Assembly: GCA_964035545.1 (NCBI GenBank)
Contig: CAXIUT010000126.1
Location: 273,001 to 337,000, forward strand
Direction of reading: 5' to 3'
Source of the DNA: Bugula neritina
Taxonomy: Eukaryota; Animalia; Bryozoa
DNA length: 64,000 nt
In this document: positions 26,232-44,200 of the stretch, in pieces
How the letters are laid out: each line of letters begins with the position of its first letter
Position numbering within the stretch: position 1 is the stretch's first letter
Made by a program: the position numbers and the translations under genes
The notes under the pieces: model-generated
What the model was told of the DNA's origin: nothing
Database searches by the model: none
Seen by the model: only the letters and a program-made list of their open reading frames with translations

Positions 26232-29200
26232 AAATATACTGCAACATACTGAAATACACTGCTACATACTGAAATATACTGCAACACATTGAAATATACA
26301 GCAACATACTGAAATATACTGCGACACATTGCAATATACTGCAACATACTGAAATATGCTGTAGCATACCGAAATGCACTGCAACATACTGAAATACCCT
26401 GCTGCATACTGAAATACACTGCACCATACTGAAATACGCTGTAACATATTGAAATACACTGCAACACATTGAAATATACTGCAACATACCGAAATATATG
26501 GTAAACTACTGAAATACACTTTAACACATTGAAAAATACTGCAACATACTGAAATATACTGTAACACACTGAAATATACTACAACATACTGAAATACACT
26601 GTAACACACTGAAATATACTGCAACATACTGAAATACACTGTAACATACTGAAATATACTGCAACATACTGAAATACACTGTAACATACTGAAATACACT
26701 GCAACATACTACAACATATTGAAATACACTGCAACAGATTGAAATATACTGAAACATACCTAAATATACGGTAATATACCGAAAAATACTGTAACATATT
26801 GAAACATACTGCAATATACTGAAATACACTGTAACATACTGAAATACACTGCAAATTACTAGAACATATTGAAATACACTGCAACACATTGAAACATACT
26901 GCAACATACCTAAATATATGGTAATATACTGAAAAACACTGTAACACATTGAAATATACAGCAACATACTGAAATATACTGCGACACATTGCGATATACT
27001 GCAACATACTGAAATATGCTGTAGCATACTGAAATGCACTGCAACATACTGAAATACCCTGCTACATACTGAAATAAACTGCAACATACTGAAATACAAT
27101 GTAATATACTGAACTACACTGCAACATACTGCAACATACTGGAATATGCTGTAACATATTGAAATACACTGCAACACATTGAAATATACTGCAAGTCGCT
27201 GAAATATAGTGTAATATACGGAAATGTACTGTAACATACTGGAGTAAACTGTAACACACTGAAATACACTGCAACATACTGAAATACACTGTAACTCACT
27301 GAAATATACTGCAACATACTGCAACATACTGAAATACACTGTAACATATTGAAATACACTGCAACACATTGAAATATACTGCTACATACCGAAATATATG
27401 GTAAACTACTGAAATACACTTTAACACATTGAAAAATACTGCAACATACTGAAGTATACTGTAACACACTGAAATATACTACAACATACTGAAATACACT
27501 GTAACACACTGAAATATACTGCAACATACTGGAATACACTGTAACATACTGAAATATACTGCAACATACTGAAATACACTGTAACATACTGAAATACACT
27601 GCAAAAAACTACAACATGCTAAAATACACTGCAACACATTGAAATATACTGCAACATACCGAAATATATGGTAAACTAATGAAATATACTGTAACACATT
27701 GAAAAACACTGCAACAAACTGAAATATACTGCGACAGATTGCAATATACTGTAACATACTGAAATATGCTGTAGCACACTGAAATACACTGCAACTCACT
27801 GAAATATACTGCAACATACTGAAATACACCGTAACATATTGAAACATACTGCAACGTACTGCAACATACTGAAATATACTGCGACACATTGCAATATACT
27901 GCAACATACTGAAATATGCTGTAGCATACTGAAATACACTGCACTATACTGAAATACCCTGCTACATATTGAAATGAACTGCAACACACTGAAATACAAT
28001 GTAATATACTGAATTACACTGCAACACACTGCAACATACCGAAATACGCTGTAACATATTGCAATACACTGCAACACATTGAAATATACTGTAACTCGCT
28101 GAAACATAGTTTAATATACGGAAATGTGTTGTAACATACTGGAAAAAACAGTAACACACTGAAATATACTGCAACATACTGAAATATACTGCAACATACT
28201 GAAATACACTGCTACATACTAAAACATACTGAAATGTACTGCAAGATACTGCAACATACTGAAATACACTGTAACATACTGAAACACACTGCAACATACT
28301 GCATTATACTGACATACACTGGAACAAATTGAAATACACTGCAACTAAATGAAATATACTGCAACACACTGAAACATACGGCAAAATACTGAAATATACT
28401 GCGACATACCTAAATATACGGTAATATACCGAAATACACTGTAACACATTGAAAAATACTGCAAAATACTGAAATACACTGCAACACACTGAAATACACT
28501 GCAAAATACTACAACATGCTCAAATACACTGTAACATATTGATATACACTGCAACACATTGAAATATACTGCAACATACCGAAATATATGGTAAACTACT
28601 GAAATATACTGTAACACCTTGAAAAATACTGCAACATACTGAAATACACTGCGACACATTGCAATATACTGTAACATACTGAAATATACTGTAGCACACT
28701 GAAATACACTGCAACTCACTGAAATATACTGCAAAACACTGAAATACACTGTAACATATTGAAACATACTGCAACATACTGAAATACACTGTAACATACT
28801 GAAATACACTGCAAAATACTACAACATGCTCAAATACACTGTAACATATTGATATACACTGCAACACATTGAAATATACTGCAACATACCGAAATATATG
28901 GTAAACTACTGAAATATACTGTAACACATTGAAAAATACTGCAACATACTGCGACACATTGCAATATTTTGCAACATACTGAAATATGCTGTAGCACACT
29001 GAAATACACTGCAACTCACTGAAATATACTGCAAAATACTGAAATACACTGTAACATATTGAAACATATTGCAACATACTGAAATACACTGTAACATACT
29101 GAAATACACCACAAATTACTAGAACATATTGAAATACACTGCAACACATTGAAATATACTGCAACATACCTAAATATATGGTAATATACTGAAATATACG

Positions 29201-32200
29201 GTAACACATTGAAAAATACTGCAACATACTGAAATACACTGCAAGATACTGCAACATACTGAAATACGCGGCAAAATACTACAACATACTGAAATACACT
29301 GTAACATATTGAAATACACTGCAACACATTGAAATATACTGCAACGTACCGAAATGTGTGGTAAACTACTGAAATATACTGTAACACATTGAAATATACA
29401 GCAACATACTGAAATATACTGCGACACATTGTAATATACTGCAACATACTGAAATATGCTGTAGCATACTGAAATGCACTGCAACATACTGAAATACCCT
29501 GCTACATACTGAAATACACTGCAACATACTGAAATACGCTGTAACATATTGAAATACACTGCAACACATTGAAAAATACTGCAACATACTGAAATATACT
29601 GTAACACACTGAAATATACTACAACATACTGAAATACACTGTAACACACTGAAATATACTGCAACATACTGAAATACACTGTAACATACTGAAATATACT
29701 GCAACATACTGAAATACACTGTAACATACTGAAATACACTGCAACATACTACAACATATTGAAATACACTGCAACACATTGAAATATACTGCAACACACC
29801 GAAATATATGGTAAACTAATGAAATATACTGTAACACATTGAAAAATACTGCAACATACTGAAATATACTGCGACACATTGCAATATACTGTAACATACT
29901 GAAATATGCTGTAGCACACTGAAATACACTGCAACTCACTGAAATATACTGCAACATGCTGAAATACACTGTAACATATTGAAACATACTGCAACATACT
30001 GCAACATACTGAAATACACTGTAACAAACTGAAATACACTGCAAAACACAAGAACATATTGAAATACACTGCAACACATTGAAATATACTGCAACATACT
30101 GTAACACATTGAAAATAACTGCAACATGCTGAAATATACTGCAAGATACTGCAACATACTGAAATACGCCGCAAAATACTACAACATACTGAAATACACT
30201 GTAACATATTGAAATACACTGCAACACATTGAAATATACTGCGACGTCCTGAAATGTATGGTAAACTACTGAAATATACTGTAACACATTGAACAATACT
30301 GCAACATACTGAAATATACTGCGACACATTGCAATATACTGTAACATACTGAAATATGCTGTAGCACACTGAAATACACTGCAACTCACTGAATTATACT
30401 GCAAAATACTGAAATACACTGTAACATATTGAAACATACTGCAACATACTGAAATACACTGTAACATACTGAAATACACTGCAAATTACTAGAACATATT
30501 GAAATACACTGCAACACATTGAAATATACTGCAACATACCTAAATATATGGTAATATACTGAAATATACGGTAACACATTGAAAAATACTGCAAAATACT
30601 GAAATACACTGCAAGATACTGCAACATACTGAAATACGCGGCAAAATACTACAACATACAGAAATACACTGTAACATATTGAAATACACTGCAACACATT
30701 GAAATATACTGCAACGTACCGAAGTGTATGGTAAACTACTGAAATATACTGTAACACATTGAAATATACAGCAACATACTGAAATATACTGCGACACATT
30801 GCAATATACTGCAACATACTGAAATATGCTGTAGCATACTGAAATGCACTGCAACATACTGAAATACCCTGCTACATACTGAAAAACACTGCAACATACT
30901 GAAATACGCTGTAACATATTGAAATACACTGCAACACACTGAAATATACTGCAACATACCGAAATATATGGTAAACTACTGAAATACACTTTAACACATT
31001 GAGAAATACTGCAACATACTGAAATATACTGTAACACACTGAAATATACTACAACATACTGAAATACACTGTAACACACTGAAATATACTGCAACATACT
31101 GAAATACACTGTAACATACTGAAATATACTGCAACATACTGAAATACACTGTAACATACTGAAATACACTGCAACATACTACAACATATTGAAATACACT
31201 GCAACAGATTGAAATATACTGAAACATACCTAAATACACGGTAATATACCGAAATATACTGTAACACATTGAAAAATACTGCAAAATACTGAAGTACACT
31301 GCAACACACTGAAATATTCTGCAAAAAACTACAACATGCTGAAATACACTGTAACATATTGAAATATACTGCAACATACCGAAATATATGGTAAACTAAT
31401 GAAATATACTGTAACACATTGAAAAACACTGCAACAAACTGAAATATACTGCGACAGATTGCAATATACTGTAACATACTGAAATATGCTGTAGCACACT
31501 GAAATACACTGCAACTCACTGAAATATACTGCAACATACTGAAATACACCGTAACATATTGAAACATACTGCAACGTACTGCAACATACTGAAATATACT
31601 GCGACACATTGCAATATACTGCAACATACTGAAATATGCTGTAGCATACTGAAATACACTGCACTATACTGAAATACCCTGCTACATATTGAAATGAACT
31701 GCAACACACTGAAATACAATGTAATATACTGAATTACACTGCAACACACTGCAACATACCGAAATACGCTGTAACATATTGCAATACACTGCAACACATT
31801 GAAATATACTGTAACTCGCTGAAATATAGTTTAATATACGGAAATGTGTTGTAACATACTGGAAAAAACAGTAACACACTGAAATATACTGCAACATACT
31901 GAAATATACTGCAACATACTGAAATACACTGCTACATACTAAAACATACTGAAATGTACTGCAAGATACTGCAACATACTGAAATACACTGTAACATACT
32001 GAAACACACTGCAACATACTGCATTATACTGACATACACTGGAACAAATTGAAATACACTGCAACTAAATGAAATATACTGCAACACACTGAAACATACG
32101 GCAACATACTGAAATATACTGCGACATACCTAAATATACGGTAATATACCGAAATACACTGTAACACATTGAAAAATACTGCAAAATACTGAAATACACT

Positions 32201-35200
32201 GCAACACACTGAAATACACTGCAAAATACTACAACATGCTCAAATACACTGTAACATATTGATATACACTGCAACACATTGAAATATACTGCAACATACC
32301 GAAATATATGGTAAACTACTGAAATATACTGTAACACCTTGAAAAATACTGCAACATACTGAAATACACTGCGACACATTGCAATATACTGTAACATACT
32401 GAAATATACTGTAGCACACTGAAATACACTGCAACTCACTGAAATATACTGCAAAACACTGAAATACACTGTAACATATTGAAACATACTGCAACATACT
32501 GAAATACACTGTAACATACTGAAATACACTGCAAAATACTACAACATGCTCAAATACACTGTAACATATTGATATACACTGCAACACATTGAAATATACT
32601 GCAACATACCGAAATATATGGTAAACTACTGAAATATACTGTAACACATTGAAAAATACTGCAACATACTGCGACACATTGCAATATTTTGCAACATACT
32701 GAAATATGCTGTAGCACACTGAAATACACTGCAACTCAATGAAATATACTGCAAAATACTGAAATACACTGTAACATATTGAAACATATTGCAACATACT
32801 GAAATACACTGTAACATACTGAAATACACCACAAATTACTAGAACATATTGAAATACACTGCAACACATTGAAATATACTGCAACATACCTAAATATATG
32901 GTAATATACTGAAATATACGGTAACACATTGAAAAATACTGCAACATACTGAAATACACTGCAAGATACTGCAACATACTGAAATACGCGGCAAAATACT
33001 ACAACATACTGAAATACACTGTAACATATTGAAATACACTGCAACACATTGAAATATACTGCAACGTACCGAAATGTATGGTAAACTACTGAAATATACT
33101 GTAACACATTGAAATATACAGCAACATACTGAAATATACTGCGACACATTGTAATATACTGCAACATACTGAAATATGCTGTAGCATACTGAAATGCACT
33201 GCAACATACTGAAATACCCTGCTACATACTGAAATACACTGCAACATACTGAAATACGCTGTAACATATTGAAATACACTGCAACACATTGAAAAATACT
33301 GCAACATACTGAAATATACTGTAACACACTGAAATATACTACAACATACTGAAATACACTGTAACACACTGAAATATACTGCAACATACTGAAATACACT
33401 GTAACATACTGAAATATACTGCAACATACTGAAATACACTGTAACATACTGAAATACACTGCAACATACTACAACATATTGAAATACACTGCAACACATT
33501 GAAATATACTGCAACACACCGAAATATATGGTAAACTAATGAAATATACTGTAACACATTGAAAAATATTGCAACATACTGAAATATACTGCGACACATT
33601 GCAATATACTGTAACATACTGAAATATGCTGTAGCACACTGAAATACACTGCAACTCACTGAAATATACTGCAACATGCTGAAATACACTGTAACATATT
33701 GAAACATACTGCAACATACTGCAACATACTGAAATACACTGTAACAAACTGAAATACACTGCAAAACACAAGAACATATTGAAATACACTGCAACACATT
33801 GAAATATACTGCAACATACTGTAACACATTGAAAATAACTGCAACATGCTGAAATATACTGCAAGATACTGCAACATACTGAAATACGCCGCAAAATACT
33901 ACAACATACTGAAATACACTGTAACATATTGAAATACACTGCAACACATTGAAATATACTGCGACGTCCTGAAATGTATGGTAAACTACTGAAATATACT
34001 GTAACACATTGAACAATACTGCAACATACTGAAATATACTGCGACACATTGCAATATACTGTAACACACTGAAATATGTTGTAGCACACTGAAATTTACT
34101 GCAACTCACTGAAATATACTGCAACATACTGAAATACACTGCTACATACTGAAATATACTGCAACACATTGAAATATACAGCAACATACTGAAATATACT
34201 GCGACACATTGCAGTATACTGCAACATAGTGAAATATGCTGTAGCATACCGAAATGCACTGCAACATACTGAAATACCCTGCTGCATACTGAAATACACT
34301 GCACCATACTGAAATACGCTGTAACATATTGAAATACACTGCAACACATTGAAATATACTGCAACATACCGAAATATATGGTAAACTACTGAAATACACT
34401 TTAACACATTGAAAAATACTGCAACATACTGAAATACACCGTAACATATTGAAACATACTGCAACGTACTGCAACATACTGAAATATACTGCGACACATT
34501 GCAATATACTGCAACATACTGAAATATGCTGTAGCATACTGAAATACACTGCACTATACTGAAATACCCTGCTACATATTGAAATGAACTGCAACACACT
34601 GAAATACAATGTAATATACTGAATTACACTGCAACACACTGCAACATACCGAAATACGCTGTAACATATTGCAATACACTGCAACACATTGAAATATACT
34701 GTAACTCGCTGAAATATAGTTTAATATACGGAAATGTGTTGTAACATACTGGAAAAAACAGTAACACACTGAAATATACTGCAACATACTGAAATATATT
34801 GCAACATACTGAAATACACTGCTACATACTAAAACATACTGAAATGTACTGCAAGATACTGCAACATACTGAAATACACTGTAACATACTGAAACACACT
34901 GCAACATACTGCATTATACTGACATACACTGGAACAAATTGAAATACACTGCAACTAAATGAAATATACTGCAACACACTGAAACATACGGCAACATACT
35001 GAAATATACTGCGACATACCTAAATATACGGTAATATACCGAAATACACTGTAACACATTTAAAAAATACTGCAAAATACTGAAATACACTGCAACACAC
35101 TGAAATACACTGCAAAATACTACAACATGCTCAAATACACTGTAACATTTTGATATACACTGCAACACATTGAAATATACTGCAACATACCGAAATATAT

Positions 35201-38200
35201 GGTAAACTACTGAAATATACTGTAACACCTTGAAAAATACTGCAACATACTGAAATACACTGCGACACATTGCAATATACTGTAACATACTGAAATATGC
35301 TGTAGCACACTGAAATACACTGCAACTCACTGAAATATACTGCAAAATACTGAAATACACTGTAACATATTGAAACATACTGCAACATACTGAAATACAC
35401 TGTAACATACTGAAATACACTGCAAAATACTACAACATGCTCAAATACACTGTAACATATTGATATACACTGCAACACATTGAAATATACTGCAACATAC
35501 CGAAATATATGGTAAACTACTGAAATATACTGTAACACATTGAAAAATACTGCAACATACTGCGACACATTGCAATATTTTGCAACATACTGAAATATGC
35601 TGTAGCACACTGAAATACACTGCAACTCACTGAAATATACTGCAAAATACTGAAATACACTGTAACATATTGAAACATATTGCAACATACTGAAATACAC
35701 TGTAACATACTGAAATACACCACAAATTACTAGAACATATTGAAATACACTGCAACACATTGAAATATACTGCAACATACTGAAATATACTGCGACACAT
35801 TGTAATATACTGCAACATACTGAAATATGCTGTAGCATACTGAAATGCACTGCAACATACTGAAATACCCTGCTACATACTGAAATACACTGCAACATAC
35901 TGAAATACGCTGTAACATATTGAAATACACTGCAACACATTGAAAAATACTGCAACATACTGAAATATACTGTAACACACTGAAATATACTACAACATAC
36001 TGAAATACACTGTAACACACTGAAATATACTGCAACATACTGAAATACACTGTAACATACTGAAATATACTGCAACATACTGAAATACACTGTAACATAC
36101 TGAAATACACTGCAACATACTACAACATATTGAAATACACTGCAACACATTGAAATATACTGCAACACACCGAAATATATGGTAAACTAATGAAATATAC
36201 TGTAACACATTGAAAAATACTGCAACATACTGAAATATACTGCGACACATTGCAATATACTGTAACATACTGAAATATGCTGTAGCACACTGAAATACAC
36301 TGCAACTCACTGAAATATACTGCAACATGCTGAAATACACTGTAACATATTGAAACATACTGCAACATACTGCAACATACTGAAATACACTGTAACAAAC
36401 TGAAATACACTGCAAAACACAAGAACATATTGAAATACACTGCAACACATTGAAATATACTGCAACATACTGTAACACATTGAAAATAACTGCAACATGC
36501 TGAAATATACTGCAAGATACTGCAACATACTGAAATACGCCGCAAAATACTACAACATACTGAAATACACTGTAACATATTGAAATACACTGCAACACAT
36601 TGAAATATACTGCGACGTCCTGAAATGTATGGTAAACTACTGAAATATACTGTAACACATTGAACAATACTGCAACATACTGAAATATACTGCGACACAT
36701 TGCAATATACTGTAACATACTGAAATATGCTGTAGCACACTGAAATACACTGCAACTCACTGAATTATACTGCAAAATACTGAAATACACTGTAACATAT
36801 TGAAACATACTGCAACATACTGAAATACACTGTAACATACTGAAATACACTGCAAATTACTAGAACATATTGAAATACACTGCAACACATTGAAATATAC
36901 TGCAACATACCTAAATATATGGTAATATACTGAAATATACGGTAACACATTGAAAAATACTGCAACATACTGAAATACACTGCAAGATACTGCAACATAC
37001 TGAAATACGCGGCAAAATACTACAACATACAGAAATACACTGTAACATATTGAAATACACTGCAACACATTGAAATATACTGCAACATACCGAAATATAT
37101 GGTAAACTACTGAAATACACTTTAACACATTGAAAAATACTGCAACATACTGAAATATACTGTAACACACTGAAATATACTACAACATACTGAAATACAC
37201 TGTAACACACTGAAATATACTGCAACATACTGAAATACACTGTAACATACTGAAATATACTGCAACATACTGAAATACACTTTAACATACTGAAATACAC
37301 TGCAACATACTACAACATATTGAAATACACTGCAACAGATTGAAATATACTGAAACATACCTAAATATACGGTAATATACCGAAAAATACTGTAACATAT
37401 TGAAACATACTGCAACATACTGAAATACACTGTAACATACTGAAATACACTGCAAATTACTAGAACATATTGAAATACACTGCAACACATTGAAACATAC
37501 TGCAACATACCTAAATATATGGTAATATACTGAAAAACACTGTAACACAATGAAATATACAGCAACATACTGAAATATACTGCGACACATTGCGATATAC
37601 TGCAACATACTGAAATATGCTGTAGCATACTGAAATGCACTGCAACATACTGAAATACCCTGCTACATACTGAAATAAACTGCAACATACTGAAATACAA
37701 TGTAATATACTGAACTACACTGCAACATACTGCAACATACTGGAATATGCTGTAACATATTGAAATACACTGCAACACATTGAAATATACTGCAAGTCGC
37801 TGAAATATAGTGTAATATACGGAAATGTACTGTAACATACTGGAGTAAACTGTAACACACTGAAATACACTGCAACACACTGAAATACACTGTAACTCAC
37901 TGAAATATACTGCAACATACTGCAACATACTGAAATACACTGTAACATACTGAAACACACTGCAACACACTGCATTATACTGACATACACTGGAACAAAT
38001 TGAAATACACTGCAACTAAATGAAATATACTGCAACACACTGAAACATACGGCAAAATACTGAAATATACTGCGACATACCTAAATATACGGTAATATAC
38101 CGAAATACACTGTAACACATTGAAAAATACTGCAAAATACTGAAATACACTGCAACACACTGAAATACACTGCAAAATACTACAACATGCTCAAATACAC

Positions 38201-41200
38201 TGTAACATATTGATATACACTGCAACACATTGAAATATACTGCAACATACCGAAATATATGGTAAACTACTGAAATATACTGTAACACCTTGAAAAATAC
38301 TGCAACATACTGAAATACACTGCGACACATTGCAATATACTGTAACATACTGAAATATACTGTAGCACACTGAAATACACTGCAACTCACTGAAATATAC
38401 TGCAAAACACTGAAATACACTGTAACATATTGAAACATACTGCAACATACTGAAATACACTGTAACATACTGAAATACACTGCAAAATACAACAACATGC
38501 TCAAATACACTGTAACATATTGATATACACTGCAACACATTGAAATATACTGCAACATACCGAAATATATGGTAAACTACTGAAATATACTGTAACACAT
38601 TGAAAAATACTGCAACATACTGCGACACATTGCAATATTTTGCAACATACTGAAATATGCTGTAGCACACTGAAATACACTGCAACTCACTGAAATATAC
38701 TGCAAAATACTGAAATACACTGTAACATATTGAAACATATTGCAACATACTGAAATACACTGTAACATACTGAAATACACCACAAATTACTAGAACATAT
38801 TGAAATACACTGCAACACATTGAAATATACTGCAACATACCTAAATATATGGTAATATACTGAAATATACGGTAACACATTGAAAAATACTGCAACATAC
38901 TGAAATACACTGCAAGATACTGCAACATACTGAAATACGCGGCAAAATACTACAACATACTGAAATACACTGTAACATATTGAAATACACTGCAACACAT
39001 TGAAATATACTGCAACGTACCGAAATGTGTGGTAAACTACTGAAATATACTGTAACACATTGAAATATACAGCAACATACTGAAATATACTGCGACACAT
39101 TGTAATATACTGCAACATACTGAAATATGCTGTAGCATACTGAAATGCACTGCAACATACTGAAATACCCTGCTACATACTGAAATACACTGCAACATAC
39201 TGAAATACGCTGTAACATATTGAAATACACTGCAACACATTGAAAAATACTGCAACATACTGAAATATACTGTAACACACTGAAATATACTACAACATAC
39301 TGAAATACACTGTAACACACTGAAATATACTGCAACATACTGAAATACACTGTAACATACTGAAATATACTGCAACATACTGAAATACACTGTAACATAC
39401 TGAAATACACTGCAACATACTACAACATATTGAAATACACTGCAACACATTGAAATATACTGCAACACACCGAAATATATGGTAAACTAATGAAATATAC
39501 TGTAACACATTGAAAAATACTGCAACATACTGAAATATACTGCGACACATTGCAATATACTGTAACATACTGAAATATGCTGTAGCACACTGAAATACAC
39601 TGCAACTCACTGAAATATACTGCAACATGCTGAAATACACTGTAACATATTGAAACATACTGCAACATACTGCAACATACTGAAATACACTGTAACAAAC
39701 TGAAATACACTGCAAAACACAAGAACATATTGAAATACACTGCAACACATTGAAATATACTGCAACATACTGTAACACATTGAAAATAACTGCAACATGC
39801 TGAAATATACTGCAAGATACTGCAACATAATGAAATACGCCGCAAAATACTACAACATACTGAAATACACTGTAACATATTGAAATACACTGCAACACAT
39901 TGAAATATACTGCGACGTCCTGAAATGTATGGTAAACTACTGAAATATACTGTAACACATTGAACAATACTGCAACATACTGAAATATACTGCGACACAT
40001 TGCAATATACTGTAACATACTGAAATATGCTGTAGCACACTGAAATACACTGCAACTCACTGAATTATACTGCAAAATACTGAAATACACTGTAACATAT
40101 TGAAACATACTGCAACATACTGAAATACACTGTAACATACTGAAATACACTGCAAATTACTAGAACATATTGAAATACACTGCAACACATTGAAATATAC
40201 TGCAACATACCTAAATATATGGTAATATACTGAAATATACGGTAACACATTGAAAAATACTGCAAAATACTGAAATACACTGCAAGATACTGCAACATAC
40301 TGAAATACGCGGCAAAATACTACAACATACAGAAATACACTGTAACATATTGAAATACACTGCAACACATTGAAATATACTGCAACGTACCGAAGTGTAT
40401 GGTAAACTACTGAAATATACTGTAACACATTGAAATATACAGCAACATACTGAAATATACTGCGACACATTGCAATATACTGCAACATACTGAAATATGC
40501 TGTAGCATACTGAAATGCACTGCAACATACTGAAATACCCTGCTACATACTGAAAAACACTGCAACATACTGAAATACGCTGTAACATATTGAAATACAC
40601 TGCAACACACTGAAATATACTGCAACATACCGAAATATATGGTAAACTACTGAAATACACTTTAACACATTGAGAAATACTGCAACATACTGAAATATAC
40701 TGTAACACACTGAAATATACTACAACATACTGAAATACACTGTAACACACTGAAATATACTGCAACATACTGAAATACACTGTAACATACTGAAATATAC
40801 TGCAACATACTGAAATACACTGTAACATACTGAAATACACTGCAACATACTACAACATATTGAAATACACTGCAACAGATTGAAATATACTGAAACATAC
40901 CTAAATACACGGTAATATACCGAAATATACTGTAACACATTGAAAAATACTGCAAAATACTGAAGTACACTGCAACACACTGAAATATTCTGCAAAAAAC
41001 TACAACATGCTGAAATACACTGTAACATATTGAAATATACTGCAACATACCGAAATATATGGTAAACTAATGAAATATACTGTAACACATTGAAAAACAC
41101 TGCAACAAACTGAAATATACTGCGACAGATTGCAATATACTGTAACATACTGAAATATGCTGTAGCACACTGAAATACACTGCAACTCACTGAAATATAC

Positions 41201-44200
41201 TGCAACATACTGAAATACACCGTAACATATTGAAACATACTGCAACGTACTGCAACATACTGAAATATACTGCGACACATTGCAATATACTGCAACATAC
41301 TGAAATATGCTGTAGCATACTGAAATACACTGCACTATACTGAAATACCCTGCTACATATTGAAATGAACTGCAACACACTGAAATACAATGTAATATAC
41401 TGAATTACACTGCAACACACTGCAACATACCGAAATACGCTGTAACATATTGCAATACACTGCAACACATTGAAATATACTGTAACTCGCTGAAATATAG
41501 TTTAATATACGGAAATGTGTTGTAACATACTGGAAAAAACAGTAACACACTGAAATATACTGCAACATACTGAAATATACTGCAACATACTGAAATACAC
41601 TGCTACATACTAAAACATACTGAAATGTACTGCAAGATACTGCAACATACTGAAATACACTGTAACATACTGAAACACACTGCAACATACTGCATTATAC
41701 TGACATACACTGGAACAAATTGAAATACACTGCAACTAAATGAAATATACTGCAACACACTGAAACATACGGCAACATACTGAAATATACTGCGACATAC
41801 CTAAATATACGGTAATATACCGAAATACACTGTAACACATTGAAAAATACTGCAAAATACTGAAATACACTGCAACACACTGAAATACACTGCAAAATAC
41901 TACAACATGCTCAAATACACTGTAACATATTGATATACACTGCAACACATTGAAATATACTGCAACATGCCGAAATATATGGTAAACTACTGAAATATAC
42001 TGTAACACCTTGAAAAATACTGCAACATACTGAAATACACTGCGACACATTGCAATATACTGTAACATACTGAAATATACTGTAGCACACTGAAATACAC
42101 TGCAACTCACTGAAATATACTGCAAAACACTGAAATACACTGTAACATATTGAAACATACTGCAACATACTGAAATACACTGTAACATACTGAAATACAC
42201 TGCAAAATACTACAACATGCTCAAATACACTGTAACATATTGATATACACTGCAACACATTGAAATATACTGCAACATACCGAAATATATGGTAAACTAC
42301 TGAAATATACTGTAACACATTGAAAAATACTGCAACATACTGCGACACATTGCAATATTTTGCAACATACTGAAATATGCTGTAGCACACTGAAATACAC
42401 TGCAACTCAATGAAATATACTGCAAAATACTGAAATACACTGTAACATATTGAAACATATTGCAACATACTGAAATACACTGTAACATACTGAAATACAC
42501 CACAAATTACTAGAACATATTGAAATACACTGCAACACATTGAAATATACTGCAACATACCTAAATATATGGTAATATACTGAAATATACAGTAACACAT
42601 TGAAAAATACTGCAACATACTGAAATACACTGCAAGATACTGCAACATACTGAAATACGCGGCAAAATACTACAACATACTGAAATACACTGTAACATAT
42701 TGAAATACACTGCAACACATTGAAATATACTGCAACGTACCGAAATGTATGGTAAACTACTGAAATATACTGTAACACATTGAAATATACAGCAACATAC
42801 TGAAATATACTGCGACACATTGTAATATACTGCAACATACTGAAATATGCTGTAGCATACTGAAATGCACTGCAACATACTGAAATACCCTGCTACATAC
42901 TGAAATACACTGCAACATACTGAAATACGCTGTAACATATTGAAATACACTGCAACACATTGAAAAATACTGCAACATACTGAAATATACTGTAACACAC
43001 TGAAATATACTACAACATACTGAAATACACTGTAACACACTGAAATATACTGCAACATACTGAAATACACTGTAACATACTGAAATATACTGCAACATAC
43101 TGAAATACACTGTAACATACTGAAATACACTGCAACATACTACAACATATTGAAATACACTGCAACACATTGAAATATACTGCAACACACCGAAATATAT
43201 GGTAAACTAATGAAATATACTGTAACACATTGAAAAATATTGCAACATACTGAAATATACTGCGACACATTGCAATATACTGTAACATACTGAAATATGC
43301 TGTAGCACACTGAAATACACTGCAACTCACTGAAATATACTGCAACATGCTGAAATACACTGTAACATATTGAAACATACTGCAACATACTGCAACATAC
43401 TGAAATACACTGTAACAAACTGAAATACACTGCAAAACACAAGAACATATTGAAATACACTGCAACACATTGAAATATACTGCAACATACTGTAACACAT
43501 TGAAAATAACTGCAACATGCTGAAATATACTGCAAGATACTGCAACATACTGAAATACGCCGCAAAATACTACAACATACTGAAATACACTGTAACATAT
43601 TGAAATACACTGCAACACATTGAAATATACTGCGACGTCCTGAAATGTATGGTAAACTACTGAAATATACTGTAACACATTGAACAATACTGCAACATAC
43701 TGAAATATACTGCGACACATTGCAATATACTGTAACACACTGAAATATGTTGTAGCACACTGAAATTTACTGCAACTCACTGAAATATACTGCAACATAC
43801 TGAAATACACTGCTACATACTGAAATATACTGCAACACATTGAAATATACAGCAACATACTGAAATATACTGCGACACATTGCAGTATACTGCAACATAG
43901 TGAAATATGCTGTAGCATACCGAAATGCACTGCAACATACTGAAATACCCTGCTGCATACTGAAATACACTGCACCATACTGAAATACGCTGTAACATAT
44001 TGAAATACACTGCAACACATTGAAATATACTGCAACATACCGAAATATATGGTAAACTACTGAAATACACTTTAACACATTGAAAAATACTGCAACATAC
44101 TGAAATACACCGTAACATATTGAAACATACTGCAACGTACTGCAACATACTGAAATATACTGCGACACATTGCAATATACTGCAACATACTGAAATATGC

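Noticed and set aside
26174-26272. Possible fold-back (chimeric read or breakage-fusion-bridge) origin of the strand switch
   Set aside because: The two sides are not mirror copies of the same HOR position (9821 vs 874 equivalents), and a matching reciprocal junction exists at 55377/55378.
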